DNA of 64,000 nt from the NCBI GenBank assembly GCA_964016885.1, contig OZ024742.1, positions 308,264,001-308,328,000 on the forward strand. The letters are read 5' to 3'. The stretch is from Eledone cirrhosa (lineage: Eukaryota). A program made the position numbers and the translations under genes. The notes under the pieces are model-generated. The model saw only the letters and a list, made by a program, of their open reading frames with translations. It made no database searches and had not been told where the DNA came from. Positions within the stretch are counted from its first letter, which is position 1. Each line of letters starts with the position of its first letter. Shown here piece after piece: positions 1 to 13,974 of this stretch.

Positions 1-1913
1 TTTTAACTTTAGGATAGTAGCCCAAGAAGAAGACAACCTCTCTATGGCTCTGACAATAATATTTGGGACTTTAGCAAGTTGGAGGGCCTCTATCATCCAA
101 GAGTGAGGAACAGAATCGAAAGCTTTCCTGTAGTCCAGCCAGACTGTAGCCATATTTCTCCTAAGTTGTCGCACCTCCGACATCGCAGTTTTGTTGATTA
201 GGAGTTGTTCAGCACACCCCAAACACCTTTCTTTCCAGCTGCTTGTTCATCTGTGATGATGTTATTATTTTCACAGTGATCTTGGAGGAATAGGTTCAGG
301 CAGGCTGTATACATCTTATACATCAGGTTCTGGCATGCAATGGGTCGGTAGTTTTTTGCCAAGTGGGTGTATTTGTTCTTGAGGACCAGTAATGTTTGTG
401 CTAATGTCAACCATTCTGGTATAAGTGTATCTCCCTTAAGAACTTGTTGGTAAAAGTCAGTAAGATACCTCCGATAAAATATCAGTTTTTAGTACCAGTA
501 GCCGACAATCATGTCTCTTCCTGGTGTTTTCTTATCTTGGAGTTTTTGTATCACAGTCTCAAGGGTACCCTCACTTATTTCGTATGTTTTTCTTGTAGTG
601 TAGGAGCAATAGTTCTTTCGGATTTCTCTTAGCCACACTGCATCTTGGTTGAAATTCTTCTTTTCATCCCATATTTTGCTCTAAAAGGAATCTATGTCTT
701 TCTGGGATGGGGCCTCAGTAACACTTATTATTTTGCCCTTCATATCTCTATAGACTGATGTTTGGTTTCGTCTGAATCTTTTATTTATCACCTTTCTCTC
801 ATCTAGCTTCTTCAAGTATCGGCGTTTTTCGCTAACAGCTCTCAATTTTTGTTTGACGGTGATCAGGTTATATTGGAGAGTTCTGGTTCTACTGTTACCA
901 AACATCGTCTCTATTTTATTTTTCACTATTTGTTGGTGAGGAGTGAGGTTTTTTTGTGGGTTTTTTTTTTAATGTAAGGAGCATTGTCACATATCCTATG
1001 TGTTTTCGTAGGTCAGCAATCTATTTTTATATTTTAGTTATATATGATGGTATTTTTGGTGGTGTTCTGTTCTTGTGAATATCTCTACTATCACCAAGAT
1101 AATGCTTCACTGTCGTCGTTAAGGCATATAAACAGGCGTTGATTTGCCAAAATGTTGGGGTTTTTATCCGTCGTAAATATTCATCCCCTATTTCGTCAAT
1201 AACACGTAATATTTCATTATTTGGTTTTTTATTAAACATTGTCATTTTAATACGTTCAGCAAGAGAGATATTTATACATGAATTTATTTCTCTCTGGAAG
1301 ATTTCGTTGCGGGAAAATTTCAATTGTTTATACTTTTGATTATCATTATCGATAGTGTTTTCCACAACAGTCGAGGTAGACTCGGGTGGTACACGTGGTG
1401 TCAGTTTCTTCGATTATTATTATTATCGATAGTGTTTTCCCGAACATTCGAGGTAGATTTAGATGGTACAGGTGGTGTCAACTTTCTTACAGGCATAGTT
1501 GTTTCAAGGCACTGTTCGACCTGGCTTCTAGGAAGTCTAGTAGTATGGCGACCTGTAGCACGTGTTGTTGATAACATGTTTGTTGTGGGGGACTTACAAT
1601 TAATAATATTTATCTTATTTCTACGTTCAACAAACGTCGCTTGTTGGCGTAATTGTTTCGCTGTGAAATAATTTAGTTCTGGGTGTATTTCGTCCCAGTG
1701 TAGCTTCATTCTGTTCATATAGCCAATGGAGGGATTGTTTTTTGCCATTTTATAACAATTAAATAAATCATCATTAAGTTCGCAACTCCAAGAGAAATGC
1801 GTTTTGTAGTTTCGGTTTCTTCTGTAGCTACAACTGAATAAAATTTGATTACCTTCCTTGTTAGTTGTCTTCGGTACTTCCTTAATTTTGTTGTTGATGT
1901 TGTGTTCAGCCAT
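1..1913 (-). mobile_element. R4/Dong-like non-LTR retrotransposon, 5' half (N-terminal domain into RT), frameshifted; continues beyond the window start
   Basis: Consecutive minus-strand ORF pieces: N-terminal WSCELNDDLFNCY...GYMNRMKLHWDEIHP...QLRQQA; then FWQINACLYA; then RT motifs NYRPIACQNLMYK, DEQAAGKKG and (by hand, 100-150) WLDYRKAFDSVPHSWMIEAL. Confidence 0.8.
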
Positions 1914-2234
1914 GCTGTTTGTAACAAATCCTTGTAAAATGAAAATTATGTATTTAGTCGGATATCTCTACGAATTCGAATAAAAAGTGTCTTCAGAAGA
2001 TATAGTTAGAAGAATAACCAGTTATTCAACATGACTGTAGTTGTGGCATTACTGTCGGAGATAGCATTCATCTTAAATTTAATAAATAGTCTCCCACGTC
2101 AAAATATGCGACTGATCGCGTTGACTGTATATGTATGTATGTATGTATGACTGTATATCTATGTATGTATATATGTATGTATGTGTTTGTGTATATGTAT
2201 GCATGAGTTTGTGTGTGTGTTGTGTGTGTTTTAA

Positions 2235-2460
2235 ACAATGAAATAATTAAAAAAAGCTAGGTGAAGTAGTTACGTTATCCATTATTTTACGATCGTTTCA
2301 GAAAGCAAAATTATCGATATTCAGACTAATCGATGGCCGTTATGCAACCTCATAACATCAGCCTCGAAAAAAGATATCTATTCTTATGCCTATCCTCTGA
2401 TATATATTGATTAGTCTGCACGTCAATAATTTTGCACTCTGAAATGATTGTAAAACAAAG
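2235..2460. repeat. Short degenerate inverted-repeat element carrying the 3' half of an HHR (GAAACGATCGTA on minus)
   Basis: ~2285-2335 is an imperfect reverse complement of ~2405-2457; the same TTTACGATCGTTTC motif occurs at ~29531 and ~57631. Confidence 0.45.
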
Positions 2461-5237
2461 GGTTATATAAATAGAGTAGATATCCCTGTGTTGTTACAGT
2501 GTATTCACATTGCTATAAGCAGGCGCCATATATGTTTATGGGAGTATTGAAGAAGTATGGCTATTTAGGCTCCAATCTATTGCAGTGTCCAGACGTAACA
2601 CAAACACGAAAGGACAGAACATTTCCTCCATTCTGAGTCTCCCCGTCCGATGTCTAGCTAAACTGGAAATGACATTTTTCATTGACTAATACATTGCGTG
2701 CCCATCAACCTATTATATGTCCACGGTAACTTCTTAATTCGATATGTATTGATGTATTGATTATTTAGTAATAACCTGCTATTCAATGTTAAAGACTAAT
2801 ACCCTATGTTATATATAAAATACTTTGTAATTCAGCCTGGGGAGAATAAGTTTAACCCCGAAGCAATTAAATAAATTATGAATATGTAAATATTTTTGGT
2901 TCAGCGGAAAATATGTTAATATATTCTGCATGGACGTTATAGTCGATACGCCTGTGTGACTGGCATGGGTCCCTTTATCTGTAATCTATTCATATTCATA
3001 TTAAACAACAATTAACAACATAAGTCAACAGTGACGTCCATAATGAGAATGCAAATTAACTTTAATTGCTCTGTAAAGAAAACTGTTTTCATGTCTATTT
3101 GAGCAGAGAATTACGAAATATGGAAAGCATAATTAGAAAGTAAAATGAAGTTAACGAATCTAAAAGGAGAAGATACCAAGAAATAAAACGTAAATGTTTC
3201 CAATGCCTAGAAGAGTCCCGAGAACGGAAACTCCTCTCTACGGTATCATAATTAATAAACTTTCATCAACATCACTAATGAATCCCACTCCTTGCTAATA
3301 TTACAATCCCTCCCGGGTATAAAGGATTATTACATAACAACTGCATCGAGAATGTATTCTCCATCTTTCTCATTCAGTCTATATACATTGGTGTATTTGA
3401 AATATGCTCGGCATTGAAAAAGAATGAAGCAATGAGAAATTGTTCAATTCGATGGATGATGAAATGTACATGTGGTAGATGTTTACTGTGATAAATAATT
3501 AAGTAGGCCTTGGTCACCTAAGGCATTACTACATGGCATGATGACCAGACATTACACGAGATCTAATCTCAGTTTACAGTACCTGATATGGGGCTTTGGT
3601 CAAGGGTTAATATAGATCATTATCGAAAATTATTGAAATACCAGTGAAACATCTGAAGGGGGATACTTATATCTAAAGGAAAGTTCATGAGATTTTCAGC
3701 TCAGATAGACTTCATAATTAATTACAAAAAGATTTACAAAAAGTCACGGGGCCATATATAGGGCTAATGGTAAATCTCTAGTGCTTGATGTCTCTCCGGC
3801 AACATCAGTCATCAGGTGTGAAATGTGAGACTCTGATGTATTAGTTTGAAAAATCGGGGTTTGGGCTTGTCACTACTATATTTCTTCAAAAACAAGAGCA
3901 GAGATAAATGCATGAACTGGCTGATTTAATTATTATAGCACCCACTCTATTGTCCTTGTTATATGAGATTCACTGGTCAGTAAATTTAACCAATAACTTG
4001 CTAATAGATATAGCAGTATTTATAACCTGTTCAAATCAAATTAAATATTTACATTAATGATACTTGTGTAGAACAAGGAAAATTCTATCCCCTATATTCC
4101 CTGCAGTTAGGCGATCTTTGGAGAATAGCATTAACCTAATGCTAGCCCTGAAATGATTTACGAAATGTGCCTACTACAGGTTTAATCTGAAAGCCTCTCG
4201 AATCGGTAAAATAATACTGCCTAGTATAATATTCCATCTCTTATGTAATTCAGAAGCTGGTAGAATAAATGACCGCAATCCAACCATTGTTCTTGAATGG
4301 AAATAAAATGTTATATTGTAGTAATTAAAATAGAAATAAATGTTTCGCTTGACTCAGCCCTAGAGACGAAACGTTGAGAGCACCATTGTAATGTAAGCGC
4401 CGATTACATAAATGTAAATTCAATTGATAGAGATTCTGGGACATTAAACACATTTTCCTAAATGAAACAAATAAAACATTAGAAAATACATCTGTGCCAG
4501 AGAAGCAATATCTATCAAAGAAACACGAAAGGAAATTGTGATATGAAAGCAATGTTTATGGAGACAATAAAGTTAACAATCTTTATGTGATCAGTTCCTG
4601 TGAGAGTTATGTCAAGTTTTTAACAATGCATTTTTCACCAGGTCAACACATATTGATGGTACTTACAACGTGACAATGCATTTTATATATATAATAAATA
4701 TTACAGGATATCTATTAATGTGATATGTCAAGTTAACTTGAAACACTGTTCTTAACATATCCGAAATCATGTAATGTCACTTGTCGAAGTGCACTAAACA
4801 TTTTACAGTTGGAAAGTAGGAAAGCATAGATGATGCAAAGATCAAAGTATATGAGAAGACAACTTTAAAATATATATCAATATAACAATCTTGCGAACCA
4901 TAATTTCAGTTCGTGTATATCGAGCGAGTAATTCTTTAAACTATATGTGTGATATACAAGGGATTAAATATATTTCTTCAGTTCTATGCATAAATACATG
5001 CAGACGGTTTAAAGCTGCAACTAATATTTCGAGTTAGATGTCATCAACAATGTTTATATTGGACATTAGAATTTATTCAATGGTATTTTATTGTATACCG
5101 CTAAGGTATAAAACACTTCAGTTATATTGATATGTATATCTCTCTAATGAGGACAGGTGTTATAATCATTACCTCCAGGGTGTCATACCAAATTAGTATT
5201 GAACCAGGTTCTCTACTCACGCCCACTCTGTTTTAAT

Positions 5238-5238
5238 A

Positions 5239-5280
<42 letters not shown>

Positions 5281-5358
5281 AGAAGCAGCCGTAGTATTAG
5301 TAGCGGCAGCACTAGCAGTAGCAGTAGTAGTAGTAGTAATGGTACTAGTAGCAGCAGC

Positions 5359-5405
<47 letters not shown>

Positions 5406-5439
5406 CAGCAGCGGCAGTGGCGGCGGCAGTAGCAGCAGC

Positions 5440-5486
<47 letters not shown>

Positions 5487-5496
5487 CAGCAGCAGC

Positions 5497-5591
<95 letters not shown>

Positions 5592-5645
5592 TAGTAGTAG
5601 TAGCAGCAGCATTAGCATCAGCAGCAATAGCAGCAGTAGTAGTAA
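5238..5645. repeat. Compound trinucleotide microsatellite (GTA)n/(GCA)n
   Basis: Directly visible; it explains the poly-L/poly-V ORFs. Confidence 0.97.
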
Positions 5646-5914
5646 TATATTGCTGGCATTACTCTCATTTGCTACTCTGAGTTTCGTGGATTGCCGCTGA
5701 TCACGCTTTGACTTGGCAAATGTTCTGACTATGTTAATAATTTATATTAACTATTCAAACACTACATATACAGTAGTATATGTAGTAATATTGAGGAGGA
5801 TGAAGAATTGGATTACATTAAGGATTTCTAACTTGTAGGGGAAATAATTGAATATACTAAGTGAAATATTGAGTAATATTAAAGCTATTTATTTACCGAT
5901 ATCACAGGATTCAT

Positions 5915-6180
5915 GAAGGCACGTGGCTAAGCGGCTAGAGGTGCTAGTTTGATTTCCGACGATGCGTTGTGTTCTTGAATAAGTCACTTTATTTTACGTT
6001 ACTCCAGTTCATTCAACACGCAAAATTTATTTGTAGTTGCAATTCAAAGACACACAAGTCCATCGAATGCTCTGAACCGTGCACGTTAATTTCACCAGTG
6101 GGGGCTTCTGTTGCTCAAACAGCTGTAACAACCACAGTTGAATCTGACGGAGTTCTAACGCAAACTTACATCTCACAGGA
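5915..6180 (+). mobile_element. Degenerate tRNA-derived SINE (second family, related to 63250-63420)
   Basis: GAAGGCACGTGGCTAAGCGG head and GCGTTGTGTTCTTGAATAAGTCACTTTATTTTACGTT core, similar to the 63250 copy. Confidence 0.6.
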
Positions 6181-8372
6181 TTAAAATTTATCGACGTCCT
6201 AGGATGTGTTTATTCCAACCCGAAAAAGAGAGACATAACCATTATGCATTTAATGTGTGTTTTCGAAATAGGTTTTGGTGATACACTACTATAATAATAA
6301 ACTTGAACAATTAGTAAATCTTCGTGTAAATTTGATTACAAAATAACTGCTGTTTGATTATTCAATAACTTATTTCAATATAAACGACGATATTTATTTA
6401 GCGTCTATTTTTAATCAAATTCCACTAACAAAATCTCCGCGAACTGTTTATTCATTTGCTAGTGTTGTTTACTTAGTATTTAATATTCAGTATTAAGTAT
6501 TGCTCATTAATGTTATTGCTTTAATCCATTTCTTTAAAATATATTTCTCAATTTATGAAAACGTTCGAAAAAAGCATGCCATATAATGTATAAAAGTTTG
6601 CTTAAATATAATCTATTAAACATATACAAAACCTTAGATTACTTTTGAAAGTAATTAAATATTGAAATATGTGTATATAATAATATTTCCAATTTTTAGT
6701 CTCTTATTTGTATAGTTCTATATTTAATCAATGTTAAGCTAGAATGTTGTATTGAGAATACAGAAATTAATTAGTTTTATAGAACGAACGTACAAGATTC
6801 AATTGCAATAAGGGAATATACATAGATGTAATTTTTTAACTTTTATTCTGTTAATATCTTCAGTCATTTGATTGCGCCTACGCTGAAGCATTGCCTAGAA
6901 GAGATTTATAGTTCATAGCGACACCAGGAAAGGTGTTCATGACTGGTACCTACTCCATTGCTCTCTGACTTTGTCGACCGTTATCGGACACAGACACCAT
7001 CGTAAAGAGGAACACAGATATGTTTACTTGCACTCGCAAGCTTGTGTGTATATATCGGTGGGGAGGATACATGTATGTCTATCTATACGATGAAATCGCT
7101 TCCGCTCACAATGAACTATCTCGACCACGCCTCCGATGAGTATGGCCATGTGCCCCTACTCCAGTATGTAAGAGAATATATAAAATCGCTACTTTTAATT
7201 AATCGAATTTGTTAATAGTTACAGGCTGCCCTTCGTCCAGATTATTGCCTGGAGTGTGTAGCTTCGAATTACCATCCTCCTTCCAGCTCGCAGTCTGTCC
7301 TTCAATGTCATTGGAAGGAATTGCTTCGGCATTGAAGATGTGCTTCTGTGCGAGATTTTAACACCTCTTAAAACCACAACGTTGACAAAAACCTTTTATT
7401 ACCTCTCCATCGACAACTTTTATTTCGCAGTCACGACTCCCCCCTTATCAGACAATGTTCCTGGTCCAGCGCAGAATGTGCTTTGTAATAATTGTCTGGA
7501 TGCTGTTAGATTGTGTATGCCTGTGGATTTATGTATAAGGATTGTCTTCATTCCAAGTGATTCCAATCACATGTTTCAGACAGTGAATTTGGAAAGACTT
7601 CAAAGTCCTTAGTAGATATTTGTAGAGCATCTAAGCTACGCATCCATACAACAGCGCCAACATACAAACAGGTTTGTTAAAGATGACCATCATATACCGC
7701 GATGGTAACGCAATATATTGCGGATACACGCTGACACTCGTGCCGACAGATCACAATTGATGGTTTCACAAGACTTGCACATGTCAAAGAGGTTAAAGCC
7801 ATTGTTATATATGTACAATTGTATTTTTAACTGCTGGTCAATCAATGATAAACATCGATTGCCAAATAAATTAACTATGGGGATATAAAAGATAGAGAAG
7901 CGAAAACCAACCAAACAGTGTGTGTGTTCTGTTATTATTTCTGGCAAAATTATAACAATATGACCATCCCCAAGTATAACAATATATATATATATGTGTG
8001 TGTGTGTGTGCGTGTGTGCGTGTGTGTGTGCGTGTGTGTGTCTGTGTATATGTGTGTGTGCTTGTGTGAGAGAGAGAGTGTGTGTGTGTGAGTGCACGTG
8101 TGTGTGTACAGAGAGAGAGAGAAAGACAGGCAGACAGAGAAATATTCTTAAACATATATATAACTGCATCAATTATTTAGGTAAGATGTTTCAAATTATG
8201 GGAAATTCACGGAATGACATGTAAGAATTCCATTAGTCAGTTAACGTATTTAAAAAATATTTATATATTACTTATTGCTATTTCTTTACGTTTCCTTCAG
8301 CACGTCACTATCTCTCTTTCTCTTTCTCTCTCTCTCTCTCAATCTGTATGTATGCATATGTATGTATAAATA

Positions 8373-8462
<90 letters not shown>

Positions 8463-8535
8463 CACATAGAAGCGTGCACACATACACACACACACATATA
8501 CAAATATATATATATATATACATATATTATATATA

Positions 8536-8975
8536 TAAGAGACGTAAAATAAGAAAATTATAAAATTAACTTACTTACTAAAATATCACTTTCAACTAAT
8601 TAGTTTCTGGAATGGAGTAAATATATTTTCCGAAGAAGATATAGAGAAGCATTCCGTCGTCAGGAAAGTCTATTCTCATGTAAGTTTCCAGGCAAAGCGA
8701 GGACTTTGCTATTTTCTATCCACTGAATTATTTTTTAATAAGTTTCCAGAGTCCTGGCTTTGCCTGGAAACTTACATGAGAATAGACTTTCCTCACGACG
8801 GAATGCTTCTCTATATCTTCTTCGGAAAATATATTTACTCCATTCCAGAAACTAATTAGTTGGAAGTGATATTTTAGTAAGTAAGTTAATTTTATAATTT
8901 TCTTATTTTACGTCTCTTATATTATTGTTCTGCAACCCCATGCATTGAACCACAATGTTATTAAGACAAAACCTA
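8536..8975. mobile_element. Fold-back PLE pseudo-LTR-like element in (TA)n
   Basis: Arms ~8536-8705 and ~8752-8922 are reverse complements, followed by a unique tail and TA repeat; an HHR lies in both arms. Confidence 0.8.
8588..8669 (-). ncRNA. Type I hammerhead ribozyme (intact core)
   Basis: ACTTTC-CTGACGA-[stem II GGAATG...CATTCC]-GAAAC-TAATTA-GTT-GAAAGT. The mirror copy 8786-8867 has a mutated core (CTCACGA). Confidence 0.8.
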
Positions 8976-9369
8976 TATATTTGCTAGCATTGATATGCAT
9001 CTGTATGTATATATATGTTACTAGATATGAATTCTTTATTATTATATTATATATATATATTTCTCACATTGCTTGAATTATCTCATTTCTTTACTCTATT
9101 TCTTTTTCTTTTCTTTATTCAAGTCCTTCCGACAAACTGACACATTATGTAATATTATGTTATATGATGTAAACAGGAAGGTAAGCCAACCGTAAATAGG
9201 CTACATAATAAATTAATTGTTATATAACCTTAGGTCAATAATGATCAAGTAGATATTTTATGATCAAACACCTCGTGGGCAGACGACCGTCTGCCATTAA
9301 AATACTGTATTTAAGATGTTCTCCAACAGATTTTTGTAAAGATGGTTGAGTTCAAATTGTGTGGGTTTT

Positions 9370-9745
9370 GACAGATATTTCTAAACTGTCATGGAAACAG
9401 AGAATCTACCCACTACATTCGCTTATTGCGATCAACCGAATGGATCTCCATCTTTCTCGATCAACCGAACAGCTACTAGAATATTAATATGTAAGTAACT
9501 GAGAATTCCACAGTCATGTTTACACAGTGTATTTCTCAGAGAGATTCAGCGTGATACACATTGTGGCATGGCTGGTTACTAAAGTTACAATCAAACTGGT
9601 GGGCTCAAAACAGTTTCAGTTTATCCAATTTTACTCCTAACCTATGGGTCGAACGTACGCTATGGTAAACGACACTTACTGAAGATGCTACGCAGTGGGA
9701 TGGAACCCGTTGCTTAATCATCGTGAAGCAAACTTCATAACTGTG
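9370..9745 (-). mobile_element. Degenerate SINE-like repeat
   Basis: Minus-strand B-box-like GGTTCCATCCC near 9700 followed by a typical SINE body; degenerate. Confidence 0.4.
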
Positions 9746-10409
9746 CAGTAATACAGTATCCACTAATTCGCTTATTAATCAGTTATTTATGACTAAATGA
9801 CAAGAAATGTTTAAAACTATTTTCCGTGCCTTGCATTATTCAGTTACGTGTTGAAAGTTCTCTGTCTAAATTCCAATAATTTCCAATTTCACATTCATCC
9901 TGTTATGTTTCATAAGTTATGCAATAAATAATTACATATACAGTTTTCCTGCACATTCCCTGCACGTATTACAATTCATTACGTTACTAAAAACACTTTC
10001 TTTTATGACGAAAAGAATAAAAAATGTACGGCGTGTTTAAATAACTTTCAATGCTTTAGTTTTCTTTCTTTTATGTTTGTAGTTGAACACTTTCCAAAGT
10101 TAGATTCATCATTTATTCTGGCACTGTCCTTATAATTGATGCTAGCCATGTACTGTAGTAAACATATCCATTTACAACTAAACGTAAGATATAGGAAAGA
10201 AAAGAACAAAAACATATCGGGAAAAATTGAGGACTTTCTGTTAGGCAACATATTTCTATTAGGCCCCGTGGACAGAATCGCTAAACAGGCAGCAATACTC
10301 ACTGCATCTCTGTACCACACATACGATAGACTCATCATGCTTTGCCGGTAAAAAAATATTACACCGGACAACCGGTATGTGTATGTGTGCGTAATAATGG
10401 TTTCTGATG

Positions 10410-10605
10410 TAGGCACAAGGCCAATAATTTTGTGTGGAGAGAAAGGTCAATTAAATCGACCCCAGTGCATTACTGGTGCTTTATTTTATCGACCCCGTAA
10501 GGATGAAAGGCAAAGCTAACCTCAGTGGAATTTGAACTCAGAATATAAAGGGCCGTACCTTTATGCCGCTAAGCATGTTGTCTGATGCTCTACCGCTTCT
10601 ACCAA
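10410..10605 (-). mobile_element. tRNA-derived SINE with Deu/Nin-like core (family S1)
   Basis: B box GAGTTCAAATTCC and core GCCTTTCATCCTTACGGGGTCGATAAAATAAAG; about 10 similar copies in the window. Confidence 0.85.
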
Positions 10606-11169
10606 TGTAAATAATTATAATTTTGCAATTGGTTCACGACTCTTAAAATATGGGTCTACTATAATTAAACTGTAGAAGACATATGTTTCAAATATTCAAA
10701 CCAATGAGAAAACCATTAATATCTACATCTTTATTTGGGATAAATATTACACACATGAAACATTTCGTATTTATCAGATCTGGAATATGTGAAAAGATAT
10801 TAAAAAGAAACAAGAAGCACGCGTATTTCACCGAACTATATTTGATTCAAAATCAATAAAATTGTCATGCAGAGAAATGATATTCTGAATTAAATTTCAA
10901 AAATACAATAATGAGTATCCCTATAAAAGATATCTTTTCTTATATTGTAACTATGAAAGCATTTCTATGGAAACCAAGTTGAATGTCATTTCCTTTGAGA
11001 TTCATTTAGCAAAGTTTCCATATCTTTAATGACCAGAATCTATTCACTGTATGTTATCATTGATATGACATTCTATAGAGTTTAATAAGGTTTTACTCTC
11101 AGGACAATGGTTCTCCAAGTTACTGTCAGATTCAAGGCTTCTTTTGATTATTCCGCACTAGCACATTAT

Positions 11170-11203
<34 letters not shown>

Positions 11204-11384
11204 GCAGGTATATATATATAAACATATATATGTACACACAGATACACACACATATATACATAAATATACATATATATATCCACACACACACACACACATA
11301 TATATATGTATATATATATATGTGAAGTAATTCCGTCGGAAAAGTCCAGGAAAAAAGAGTGCTCTATGTAGGTAACAGAGCTTA

Positions 11385-11626
11385 ATTATTATTATGTAAT
11401 AAACAACATAAGGCAATTATTCCATTTACCAGTGGTTTCTTAAAAGCAAAAGGTTTTGCTTTCAATCCTCAGAATGAAAAAATCCTGGTTTGTTTATTGA
11501 ATTTGGATTTTAAAAACAAAAATGCAATCTATATGAAAGTGAGGCTGGAGAAGGAAGAAGGAAAGGGAAAAATAAAATAAAACTACACATGCAAACACAC
11601 ACACAAAAAAACACAAAAGCATACAT

Positions 11627-11660
<34 letters not shown>
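11385..11660 (-). repeat. PLE pseudo-LTR copy; inverted partner of 15470-15730, paralog of 13490-13640
   Basis: Near-identical reverse complement of 15470-15730; contains an HHR. Confidence 0.8.
11423..11476 (-). ncRNA. Type I hammerhead ribozyme (intact core)
   Basis: CATT-CTGAGGA-TTGAAAGCAAAA CC TTTTGCTTTTAA-GAAAC-CACTG-GTA-AATG. Paralogs: 13570-13623 (-, GTG at the cleavage triplet) and 15642-15694 (+, G of GAAA lost). Confidence 0.8.
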
Positions 11661-11661
<1 letters not shown>

Positions 11662-11663
<2 letters not shown>

Positions 11664-12624
11664 GTAGAATAATCGAGAATCGGAAAAACAGCCTACGAAT
11701 TAACGATAAACAAATCCGATATGTGTGGCAGAGGGCTCAATAATTTGGATAAATCAGAGCTATAACTATCGTTAAATTACCAACACATAGAGGTCATGCC
11801 TAAAATCACCCATACAGCCGAAAAAGAACGACCAGGAAGATTCGGGTCACTCAAATAAAATATCAATAAATCAATAAATTAAATGAATGTAAAAAACTTA
11901 CCCGGACCCGCTAGAAGGATGTTAAATCTAGCTTCTTGGGTTTCTGCAATTCCTTAATCCAATCAATATCAGCCCACATAAAAAATATATGAGACTTCTA
12001 GAGAAGGGGGGGACGCGGAAGAGCTTTTTCAACGGGAATTTCGTCCGAAAATGAAGAGAAGACCCTTAGCCAGAAAAGCACATGGTGCCCAGCAAGGGAG
12101 ATAACCTCTACATTAGCGAAAGATTTTCGGTAATGTGCAAATCATGTACGAATACAAAATATCACATATCGAATCAGAGTGCTCAACAGACGTGTTAAAA
12201 TAAACAGGAGCTATTCATCAGTCAATAAGATCGACAAAAAATAATCAATAAAATTAACTGGTCAATAGCTAACATCTAGAGCTAAATATAGTAGAATAAT
12301 CGAGAATCGGAAAAACAGCCTACGAATTAACGATAAACAAATCCGATATGTGTGGCAGAGGGCTCAATAATTTGGATAAATCAGAGCTATAACTATCGTT
12401 AAATTACCAACACATAGAGGTCATGCCTAAAATCACCCATACAGCCGAAAAAGAACGACCAGGAAGATTCGGATAACTCAAATAAAATATCAATAAATCA
12501 ATAAATTAAATGAATGTAAAAAACTTCTCCGGACCCGCTAGAAGGATGTTAAATCTAGCTTCTTGGGTTTCTGCAATTCCTTAATCCAATCAATATCAGC
12601 CCACATAAAAAATATATGAGACTT
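11662..12624. repeat. Partial tandem duplication (~335-bp direct repeats, period 627 bp) between TA tracts
   Basis: 11662-11997 is almost identical to 12289-12624. Confidence 0.85.
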
Positions 12625-12629
12625 ACCAC

Positions 12630-12631
12630 TG

Positions 12632-12717
<86 letters not shown>

Positions 12718-13177
12718 TATACATATACACATATATATACATACACATATATACACATACACATACATACACATAACCTCATACATACACACACACACAT
12801 ATATACACACATATATATACATATATACATATACACATATACACATATATATATATGTGTACAAGCATACACATACACAAACATAGTCATACACACACAC
12901 ATATACATACATTCACACACGCAAATAAATATAAGAAAAACATATATATATATTAAACATTTTTGACACCGATACATAAGGCAGCTAACTGGACAGACAC
13001 GCGTGGTAAGTAATACACACAAATGCACGTATACATACGTACGAAATAGTAAATACATACACACACTCTCACACATAAATATACATATACAAATACATAA
13101 ACACATACATACACATACATGCACAAACACGCACACGTATACAATATATACACACACATATGTATATGTAATTATAT

Positions 13178-13222
<45 letters not shown>

Positions 13223-13383
13223 AATATATAACATACACACACACACATATATGTATACATACACACACATGTACATACATAGCTATACAATTATACACAT
13301 ACAAATACGTACATATCATAAACACGCACAACCAAATACAAACACACACACACACATACATATATATATACACACGCACATAT

Positions 13384-13414
<31 letters not shown>

Positions 13415-13485
13415 CATATATATATACATACATATATATACATATGCATATACATACACACACACATACATGTGTGTATGTGTAA
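12630..13485. repeat. Degenerate (TA)/(CA) microsatellite field
   Basis: Directly visible. Confidence 0.95.
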
Positions 13486-13974
13486 AACTCAGTCTTAGAT
13501 AATTCATATGAACCTTACATATACATATATATAGTAGTAAAGTAATAAAGCAACATAAGGCAATTATTCCATTCACCAGTGGTTTCTTAAAAGCAAAAAA
13601 TTTTTCCTTCAATCTTCAGAATGAAAAAAACCTGGTCTATCCACACATACATACATATACACACACAATTATATGCATATATATACACATACACATACAC
13701 ACACATACATATATATATATACATACATATATACATATATATATATACACACAAATATACATACACATACACATAGGTATGTGAAGGGCAAGGCAAAAAA
13801 TAATATATGGGGGGGGGACATAAGAGAAGGTGAAATATAAGGGGAGGTAAGGGAGAAAAAAATAAATAAATAAAAATAAGTAAATATACAACAGTACAGA
13901 ACGTAGAATCAGCAAAATAAAAACCGTAGCAGAAGTAAAGAGCAGAGGAGTTCAATGCGGTTGATTTATCATAG

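Noticed and set aside
1930-2130. HDV-like ribozyme expected at the 5' end of an R4-type element
   Set aside because: No nested double-pseudoknot could be assembled by eye; needs an RNAMotif/Infernal search.
5217-5680. Poly-Leu / poly-Val-Ala ORFs
   Set aside because: Translations of a (GTA)/(GCA) microsatellite.
12538-13955. Many YI/CV/HT-rich ORFs here and throughout the window
   Set aside because: Artefacts of dinucleotide repeats that lack stop codons.
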